Shown piece after piece: positions 56,693-64,000 of a stretch of DNA of 64,000 nucleotides. The position numbers and the translations under genes were made by a program. This DNA comes from an uncultured Rivularia sp. (GTDB lineage: Bacteria > Cyanobacteriota > Cyanobacteriia > Cyanobacteriales > Nostocaceae): the NCBI GenBank assembly GCA_963665115.1, contig OY762007.1, forward strand, positions 5,600,001 to 5,664,000, read 5' to 3'. The notes under the pieces were generated by a model, which was not told the DNA's origin, searched no databases, and worked only from the letters and a program-made list of their open reading frames with translations. Numbering within the stretch: position 1 is the stretch's first letter; each line of letters starts with the position of its first letter.

Positions 56693-56911
56693 ATGAATTC
56701 GCAAGATTTTGAATCCCAGTATCGTGAAACGATGAATGAAACGCTCAACGAACTGCAATCAGCTATTTTGCTGTTAGCGCAAGCTCAACGAAAAATCTCT
56801 ATAATCGGTTCTTCCGTACAAAGCTTGAGTCAAAGTGTAGAAGAACATCTAATTCAGCAAAAATCCGAACGTAATCCGAATCAAATTATCGGTGAAAGTC
56901 AATTAAAGTAA
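56693..56911 (+). CDS. Small coiled-coil hypothetical protein
   Basis: AGGAG RBS, 72 aa. Confidence 0.65.
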   Translation: MNSQDFESQYRETMNETLNELQSAILLLAQAQRKISIIGSSVQSLSQSVEEHLIQQKSERNPNQIIGESQLK

Positions 56912-56914
56912 ATC

Positions 56915-57343
56915 TCATTTTTGGCTACAAGATAACTCTTTTTCAATAGCTTGGGTAAGCTCGGTAAGAATTACTGGTTTAACAAAATAGCGACGAGCGC
57001 CCAAATATATAGCTCGTTCGCAATCCGATTTAAAAGCTAACCCCGAAACTATAATTACGGGGATTTTTGCTGTTAGAGAATTTTGCTGCATTTTTTCTAG
57101 CAACAAGAAACCGTCAATATCGGGCAATTTTAAATCCAATACAACTAAATTTGGTCGAAAAGTTTCTACTGTAGAGAAAAACTTTGAACCATTAGCTAAG
57201 CCTTTAACTTGGTATCCACAAAAATTTAAGCAATCGCTCAGCAACATTCGATTCGTATCATTATCTTCAACTAGTAAAACTTTTTCACTGCAATGTGACT
57301 TGAATTGCTGCTCTACATTTATTAGCTGCGCTGTCGTTTTCAT
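56915..57343 (-). CDS. Single-domain CheY-like response regulator
   Basis: LLVEDN, VLDLKLP and VKP motifs. Confidence 0.9.
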   Translation of the reverse strand: MKTTAQLINVEQQFKSHCSEKVLLVEDNDTNRMLLSDCLNFCGYQVKGLANGSKFFSTVETFRPNLVVLDLKLPDIDGFLLLEKMQQNSLTAKIPVIIVSGLAFKSDCERAIYLGARRYFVKPVILTELTQAIEKELSCSQK

Positions 57344-57889
57344 CTATCACTTTCGCTCACGAGTCAATGATTCGTAAAAGAATGTAACAATATCTAATTT
57401 TTAGATTTATTTGAATTTATACACTTAAATAAAAGTTATCTTGCCAAGAATCCTATCAACTAAATTTAGCTTAGCTATTGTTTGTGCTTATGATAAATAT
57501 TAACTTATAACAAGAATTTAAGACAAAGTTAAACTCATCTTTAACATAATCTTAAATCTTCACGAGAATTTCATATTTTTTTTACAATACACTACCTAGT
57601 TACAACTTATCTGTATATTTACTAGCTGAATAATATATTTAGCGTAAAATATAATTCTTAATACGAAAACCGTTGCTAAATATATTAAGGATTATAAAAA
57701 TAGTTTTTGTAAAGGATTCAATATTTGGGTTAATAAAAAATTTTGCATTCCTTATACAGTTTAAATGTAGCGACAGAAAATAGATGCACCTTTAATCAAA
57801 GATTTCGTAGATAATTTTTGAAATAAAGTTAAATTAAAGGAAATAAATCAAATTATATCAAATATTATTCTACGCAATTGTGGTGATAA

Positions 57890-58432
57890 TCACTCAACTA
57901 ATGTCTGCCTATTTTTTGCTGTTTGATGTTTTGCAGCAAGCAAGAAAAATGTAATTAATCCTAGCAGTGCAGAAGGTTCGGGAACCTTTTCTCTCTTAGA
58001 AGCTCCGGATAAATACACATTAGTATATAGCTCCTCGCCCTGCGATGCAGTAAACTCAGTATTGTATATTATGTGTTTACGTCCGTTGACAGTTTTGACT
58101 TGAGTCGTATTAGCAGCTTGAACCGATTCTATAGTACGTCTGGCTTTTTTCAAAAATGAATTATCGATTGAATTTGTATTATCGTTTTTCTTAAGTTTGT
58201 CGTAGGAATCAAATTCGGGAAAGGAGATACAAGAATCTGCTTCTTTGCACTTTTGTGTCTCTACCAAAATATCTTTTCTATCATCTGATGCTTGGTTGTC
58301 TGGAGTTTTTGCTAAATCATCGTTACTATTAAAATTTTTGAGCGAACCTGCTTGTGCTGGGGCTGTAGCGCTTGCACTAATTATCGTACCAAGTAATACG
58401 TAATTACGAACTTTTTTTATAGTTATTGTCAT
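57890..58432 (-). CDS. PEP-CTERM sorting-domain protein
   Basis: Signal ending PAQA; C-terminal VPEPSALLGL + TM + basic residues. Confidence 0.85.
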   Translation of the reverse strand: MTITIKKVRNYVLLGTIISASATAPAQAGSLKNFNSNDDLAKTPDNQASDDRKDILVETQKCKEADSCISFPEFDSYDKLKKNDNTNSIDNSFLKKARRTIESVQAANTTQVKTVNGRKHIIYNTEFTASQGEELYTNVYLSGASKREKVPEPSALLGLITFFLLAAKHQTAKNRQTLVE

Positions 58433-58661
58433 GGACGCAATCGCTCCTTAAAACTAAAAAAACAAGTAATTGATACTCCCCTTTGTTCTGAATGCAATTA
58501 CATTACTCTTAAAGGATATTAAATCCGATAAAGGTAAGTATACTGCTTTCATCTGCGAAAAAATAATGCACAAAATATGTAATACTTGGTCAAGTTTAAC
58601 CGAGTAACACTGTAATTGCCGATACTAATTCCTTAAATTTGTATAAACCTTAAATTAAGAT

Positions 58662-59865
58662 TTAATGAACCAACTGCGAAAACTGGGATATCTTATTTAC
58701 AGCAGCTTCTAAGACAGATGGTTCGCGAACTAATGCAAAGCGCACGTAACCCTCTCCCGACTTACCAAAGCCAGCACCAGGGGAAGCCGCAACACCCGTA
58801 TTTTCCACTAAATCCTTACAAAATTGAATAGAATCTTTACCATAATGTTTCGGTAGCTTTGCCCAAACATACATTGTGGCTTTTGGCATAGGAACCTCCC
58901 AACCGATGCGGTGTAAAGCATTGACAAAAGCATCGCGGCGTTTTTGGAAGCTATTTACATTCTTCTTTATTCCCGATTGCGGCCCCACTTAAAGCGGCGA
59001 TCGCACCATTTAAGATTCCTCGATACTGATTAAAGTCAACTGCTGCTTTTACCCGACGCAAGGCTCCAATCAACTCGCGATTACCAATAGCAAAGCCAAT
59101 GCGAAAACCGCCCATGTTGTAAGACTTGGACAAGGTAAAAAATTCAATCGAGATACTTTTTGTCTTATCGGCTTGCAAAATTGAAGGAGCAATATGGTGT
59201 GGATTAGTTTCTTGCGCTTCCGGCTCGGTAAATACTAAATCCACATAGGGAAAATCGTGAACCAAAACAATATCGTGCTGCTGACAAAAAGAAACAGCTT
59301 TTTCAAAGAAAGATAACGGTGCGATCGCAGCAGTAGGATTGTGTGGATAGCTCAATACCATCATTCGCGATTGCGCTAAGACTGCGGCTGGAATTTGCTC
59401 AAATACAGGTAAAAAATCGTTTTCTTCCCGTAAAGGCATAGGATAAATTTGACCGTTCGCTAAATAAACTCCCCCGGCGTGAGAAGGATAGCCAGGATCG
59501 AGTAATAAAGCAAAATCCCCAGGATTTAAAATAGCTAAAGGTAAATGTGCCGTTCCCTCTTGAGAACCAATCAGGGGTAGCACTTCAGTTTCTGGATCTA
59601 CCGAAATACCAAATCGAAGTGAATACCATTGAGATGCTGCATAGCGAAACTCTTGAGTCCCATTAAACAACAGATATCCGTGAGTACTCTTATCGTATAA
59701 AGACTCAGCTATGGCTTCAATGACATGGCTTTCTGCGGGTAAATCGGAAGATCCCAAAGACAGATCAATTATCTGACGACCATTAGCCAAAGCCTTAGCC
59801 TTCGCAATGTCCATATCTGCGAACACATTGGATTGCAGGGGTTCTAAACGCTTGGCAAATTGCAT
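58662..59865 (-). CDS. Class I/II PLP aminotransferase (LL-DAP aminotransferase-like), +1 frameshift at 58983-58986
   Basis: YPHNPT, HDFPY, TLSKSYNMGGFRIG and GEGYVRFAL motifs. Confidence 0.9.
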
Positions 59866-59954
59866 CTTTTATATTAGTTGTTAGTGGTTAGTTGTTAGTT
59901 GCTAGTTCTTTAAATTATCATTTTTACTAACTACTAACCACTATCTACTAATTA

Positions 59955-60287
59955 CTAACTACTTAAATGAGTATCTAATAAATTCATCAATTTATCCTTA
60001 TTAACAACTCCTTCACTTGAAGCTAATACTTTATCTCCTTGCATAAGTCGCAAAGCAGGAACACCTTCCACCTGATATTGCTTAACTGAAACTGGATTGG
60101 GGTCAACTTCCATTTTGACCACCTTAAGCTTGTCGCTATACTTCTGGGCAGCAGCGCTAATCGCTGGGGACATCAACTTACAAGGTCCGCACCAAGAAGC
60201 CCAAAAATAGACTAATACAGGCTTTTCGGCTTGCAGTACTTCCTGGTCAAAATTTGCATCGTTGATATTGTTTACACCCTCGCTCAT
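59955..60287 (-). CDS. thioredoxin
   Basis: WASWCGPC motif. Confidence 0.93.
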   Translation of the reverse strand: MSEGVNNINDANFDQEVLQAEKPVLVYFWASWCGPCKLMSPAISAAAQKYSDKLKVVKMEVDPNPVSVKQYQVEGVPALRLMQGDKVLASSEGVVNKDKLMNLLDTHLSS

Positions 60288-60374
60288 ATTAATCTCCACC
60301 TAATAGCATCTTTTATAGTTACACAGATTTAATGTATCCCAATTTGTTGTCCTGAAACTAGTAGCTGTGGGAAG

Positions 60375-60487
60375 AGGATGGGGAGATGGCGAGACAAGGG
60401 GACAAGCGGGCAAGGGGACAAGGAGAAAAATAATTGGTAATTGTTAATTGGTAATTGGTAATTGTTAATTGGTAATTGGTAATTGTT
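60375..60487. repeat. STRR tracts (GGACAAGG, AATTGGT)
   Basis: Visible tandem repeats. Confidence 0.9.
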
Positions 60488-60560
60488 CACTGAAAAATCC
60501 CGCAACCTTATGGGCTGTGGGATAGTTATAAACATTTGAATTGAATTAAAATCTCAAAAA

Positions 60561-61352
60561 CTACATTTGGTCTAATTCTTTGCGTAGTGATTCCAATTCA
60601 GAATCCACTGGTTCGCTGTTTTTCTTCTCACTTGCTTGACTACTGTCAGTTTGTTCTGCTGGTAGTTGGGGTTGGCTTGCTGTTCCGCTTCCTGGTAGAG
60701 TCATTTGTGCTTTTAAAGCAGCTAATTCATCATCGACACCGGAACTACCTTCTAGCTTTGCAAATTGACTTTCTAAGTCAGCACCAGCTAATTCTCCTGC
60801 CGATTGAGCGCGTGCTTCTTGCATCAACACTTTTTCTTCCATGCGCTCGAATGCAGCAGTTGCACCGCTGCTATTCATCCCAGTTACCATTCCTTCGAGT
60901 TGCTCTTGGGCTTTAGCTGCTCTTACCCGCGCTTTGAGCATATCTTTCTTGGTTTTGGCCTCAGAAATTTTGCTCTCTAACTGCATTAAGCTGCGCTTAA
61001 GATTATCAACTTGAGCGGTTTGCTGATCTAAACTTCCCTTTAGACTGGTTGCAGTATCAGTAAAGGATTTCTTGCGCTCTAAGGCTTGACGAGCTAGGTT
61101 TTCATCGCCCTTTTGCAGCGCTAGCATTGCATTACGCTGCCATTTATTAAGTTCATTATTAGCATCGTTATACTGCTTCTCTGTACGTTTTTGAGCAGCA
61201 ATCGCTTGAGCAACCCCCTGACGCAAACGAACCAAGTCTTCCTGCATCTCGATGATGGCTTGATCGAGAATTTTTTCTGGATCTTCGGCTTTGCTTACTA
61301 AGTCGTTAAGGTTGGCGCTTACTACTCGTTTAACGCGGTCAAATAATCCCAT
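60561..61352 (-). CDS. vipp1: Vipp1/IM30
   Basis: MGLFDR...AEDPEK, FERMEEKV and C-terminal extension ending VDSELESLRKELDQM. Confidence 0.92.
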   Translation of the reverse strand: MGLFDRVKRVVSANLNDLVSKAEDPEKILDQAIIEMQEDLVRLRQGVAQAIAAQKRTEKQYNDANNELNKWQRNAMLALQKGDENLARQALERKKSFTDTATSLKGSLDQQTAQVDNLKRSLMQLESKISEAKTKKDMLKARVRAAKAQEQLEGMVTGMNSSGATAAFERMEEKVLMQEARAQSAGELAGADLESQFAKLEGSSGVDDELAALKAQMTLPGSGTASQPQLPAEQTDSSQASEKKNSEPVDSELESLRKELDQM

Positions 61353-61518
61353 AATTTTTTCCTCTTGAGATTTACGCTCTTGCGATCAAAAGTTAACTTT
61401 TTTACTACTTATATAGTTCCCTATTTCAGGGTAATCTGACTCTTCTCAATTAGTCCTCCCCATAACCCCCAATTCTTAAAAGAAATATTACAGGCATGAG
61501 TTATAAAATTTCATTTAA

Positions 61519-62208
61519 CTACTGGGGAGGCTGTTGATTTTTTTGCGTACTACCCGGAAGTTGTGCTTTCATTGCCGAAAGTTCGGCATCTACATCATCA
61601 CTTTCGCTTAAGCTCGCAAATTTATTTTCTAATTCGTCTGTGTCAGATACTGCAATTGCTTCTTGTTTTGCTTCTAATTCTAAAAGTTTGTCTTCCATTT
61701 TCTCAAAAGCCTTAAGCGAGCTGGTATCGCCAGTTTCACCAAGCATTTCTTGAAGTCGCAAAGAAGCTTCAGCAGAACGAGCGCGAGCAATATACATATC
61801 TTTCTTTGTTTTAGCTTCAGAGATTTTTAACTCTAAAGCCTGCATATCTTTTTTTAGTTTAGCGACTAAAGTTTTTTGTTGCCCAATTTGTTCTGCAAGT
61901 GCAGTCGAACTTTGTTGGTAAGCTTTACGTTTAGTAAGGGCTTCTCGCGCTAAAGCCTCATTACCTTGTTCCAAAGCCATTTGAGCGCGACGATACCATT
62001 CCTCTTCTGTAGAATGGGCTTGAGCCGCTTGTCGTTCGGTACGTTTTTGAGTGGCGATCGCCTGCGCTACTCCTTGTCGCATCCGCACTAAATTCTCCTG
62101 CATCTCATAAACGGCTTGTTCCAGAATTTTCTCTGGATCTTCCCGTTTTGCCGTCCAATCATTAACGTTTGAACGAAATAAGCGCCCGATACGCTCCATC
62201 AGCCCCAT
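61519..62208 (-). CDS. pspA: PspA/IM30 family paralog lacking the Vipp1 C-terminal helix
   Basis: EDPEKILEQA and ARARSA motifs, shorter C-terminus. Confidence 0.82.
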   Translation of the reverse strand: MGLMERIGRLFRSNVNDWTAKREDPEKILEQAVYEMQENLVRMRQGVAQAIATQKRTERQAAQAHSTEEEWYRRAQMALEQGNEALAREALTKRKAYQQSSTALAEQIGQQKTLVAKLKKDMQALELKISEAKTKKDMYIARARSAEASLRLQEMLGETGDTSSLKAFEKMEDKLLELEAKQEAIAVSDTDELENKFASLSESDDVDAELSAMKAQLPGSTQKNQQPPQ

Positions 62209-62522
62209 AAGTTAAGCCTCCATTTTTCAGTTATCAGTTAACAATTATCAATTATCAGTTATCAGTTATCAGTTATCAGTTATTTTAAAAGCGAGGAGAA
62301 TAGAATCATTACAAACCAGAGGGTAGATACCGCAAGACTTCCCAGGCTGCGTTAAGTAATTCATCATCCAATCAACAAATAAATACCAATACAGTCCAGA
62401 TTTAAGCAACTCATGCTTGTGTTGCATTCAACTGAAAACCCCTACATTCATCTTGCACAGATAATTACATTGTCAACTGAAGGCTCTTAATTGTTAACCC
62501 CTAACTCCTAACTCCTAACTAT

Positions 62523-63818
62523 TTAACTGTCTGGTTCTTCTACCCTTGCCGTAATTCCCTTTTCTTTAAGAAGTTCTAAATGGTTTTTTAATCTTGTTTT
62601 GGATTTAAAAGCACCTAAGTAAACATATTTGCCTTCTGGAGATAAATATGCATCTGGAATTACCTTTTTAACCTCGGCTAAAGTATTGCCTGTATTATCT
62701 ACGATGACATTATAAAATCCACCATTTGTTGGTTCTATTTCATCAATATTTTGAGGTGTTGTTGCTGCTTCGGTTTCGGGAACAGGCGATTCAGGAGCAG
62801 GAGTATTTGCAACGGGGGGCGACATCTGTTCCACTGTGGTTGTTCTTTCTACTGGAGCCGGGCTTGCAACAGTCGTTGGTTTTGCTACTGGGGTTGGTTT
62901 GGCTCTGGGGGTTGCCCCTGCAACATCATCAATACTATTTATATTTGGAAGCGCATCATTTGAAAGATTGGGATTTCTGGATACGGGGGGCGCTAATTTT
63001 TTATCGTTTGCATTTACATCACTAACTGTTTGCGTATTTTCACTACTGCCAATTTCTTGGTCGCGTTTAAACAATCCGCCTAAGCTCAAGGTCGGTAGGT
63101 CGTCTAAGTTGAAAATAATATAGCCAAAGGTGATGCTTGATACTAAAAGTAATAGCATCGAACCAATACTCAAAGGCGACAGCAGACTATCATTATTATT
63201 TTTTGGCTTTTTGGTTTGGGGCTGTTGTTCTTCTTGTAAGCTTCGCAGCAAAGCTTCGGAAGATTCTAAATAATCGTCAGGTTGCTTTGTTGTGTCATTC
63301 TTTGGCGGGGATATATTTCCCGGAGGTGTATTCCGATTAATATCCGCTTTAACAATGCTGCTTTGGTTTTGAGCATTCGTTGTCGTTTCAGGAAATGGTA
63401 CTTGCTCTTGGCTAGAAGGATTTTGAGGAAGCGGAATTTCAGAAGTCTCTTTGTTAGAAGTTACTTTTGGGAAAGTTTCTGGAGCAGGAGGAGGTGGAGG
63501 AGGTGGTGTTTTAATTTCGTTCCCTGAAATGCTCGCTTGCTGCTGTCTAATATAAGCCGCAGCTTCTTTACCCGTTAAGCTTTGCTGTGACTGAACAGAG
63601 CCAGCAGTTATAGCGTTTTGAATTGGCGATTTAGCAGCTATCAAACTACCAAGACTTTTTTGAATTGGGGTTCTATGTGCAATTCGCGTTCGACGATATC
63701 GCGACAACTCTTCATCAAGCTGTACTTCCAGACTTGCCAGAGCCGCACTAATTGCCGGTTTTAGATTTGATGTTTTAGATGTTTGTAACCCAGAATAATA
63801 TAGGGGGTTTTCACTCAT
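62523..63818 (-). CDS. Conserved cyanobacterial single-TM Pro-rich protein with SPOR-like C-terminal domain
   Basis: LEVQLDEELSRYRR, DYLESSEALL, TM segment and YLGAF...GITARV. Confidence 0.75.
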   Translation of the reverse strand: MSENPLYYSGLQTSKTSNLKPAISAALASLEVQLDEELSRYRRTRIAHRTPIQKSLGSLIAAKSPIQNAITAGSVQSQQSLTGKEAAAYIRQQQASISGNEIKTPPPPPPPAPETFPKVTSNKETSEIPLPQNPSSQEQVPFPETTTNAQNQSSIVKADINRNTPPGNISPPKNDTTKQPDDYLESSEALLRSLQEEQQPQTKKPKNNNDSLLSPLSIGSMLLLLVSSITFGYIIFNLDDLPTLSLGGLFKRDQEIGSSENTQTVSDVNANDKKLAPPVSRNPNLSNDALPNINSIDDVAGATPRAKPTPVAKPTTVASPAPVERTTTVEQMSPPVANTPAPESPVPETEAATTPQNIDEIEPTNGGFYNVIVDNTGNTLAEVKKVIPDAYLSPEGKYVYLGAFKSKTRLKNHLELLKEKGITARVEEPDS

Positions 63819-64000
63819 AGCCCATGTGCCTCCGTACCTACAGCCAGATTATCCAATATGTAACAATTTTTTCGCGTAAAATTTAGGCAGGTTTCCCTGA
63901 TTGAGTCGGTAGCCCCAATCCAGATCGGTATCTCCCACAATGCCGGGAAAAGCTTTTATCAAACCTGTCCCAATTTTTAGGAGTATAGGGGGGTAAAACA

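Larger units (their letters stand above)
5918..62061. repeat. HIP1 octamer GCGATCGC dispersed through the window
   Basis: Many copies seen, e.g. at about 5918, 7248, 13748, 21391, 40773, 51215, 59321 and 62054. Confidence 0.95.

Noticed and set aside
21414..58986. Programmed ribosomal frameshifting or phase variation at the split genes
   Set aside because: Runs are only 3-5 nt, have no slippery heptamers, are all +1 and hit unrelated housekeeping genes; sequencing error is simpler
60329..60535. 68-aa ORF with NNYQLP repeats as a possible RiPP precursor
   Set aside because: Arises from the AATTGGT/AATTGTT heptamer tract; no leader or modifying enzymes
63840..64000. Possible 3' end of a gene at the window edge
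   Set aside because: Short open frames on the minus strand with no recognisable motif

Overview
AT-rich chromosomal window of a filamentous cyanobacterium, most likely heterocystous Nostocales (inferred from many HIP1 GCGATCGC sites, heptamer STRR tracts, psb28/psaE/ndhO, a pspA-vipp1 pair and an NtcA-type promoter before an nrrA-like regulator). Most of it is core genes (cysS, dtd, mraY, mutM, pgi, hemA, glpX, tadA, rsmG, argC, uvrC). Four accessory loci stand out. (1) At 28.5-30.7 kb, two paralogous small acidic lipoprotein genes lie upstream of a PiuC-type Fe(II)/2OG hydroxylase with a Fur-like box; one gene ends in (EGG)7 and is missing from the ORF track. (2) At 14.0-17.9 kb, a cassette bounded by REP-type elements encodes an ACT protein, a ketopantoate-reductase-like enzyme, an atypical KAS III and a SnoaL-like lipoprotein. 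(3) At 10.5-14.0 kb, a deletion-scarred island holds two paralogous putative winged-helix proteins (one with an H1-like tail) and a truncated DUF1802/PD-(D/E)xK nuclease gene. (4) At 38.9-43.2 kb, an ETR1-like ethylene-binding hybrid kinase is coupled to a degenerate REC-GGDEF protein. Nine reading frames are broken by single +1 homopolymer insertions, most likely long-read assembly errors. No rRNA, tRNA, CRISPR array or intact transposase was seen. All family assignments come from motif recognition, not database searches.
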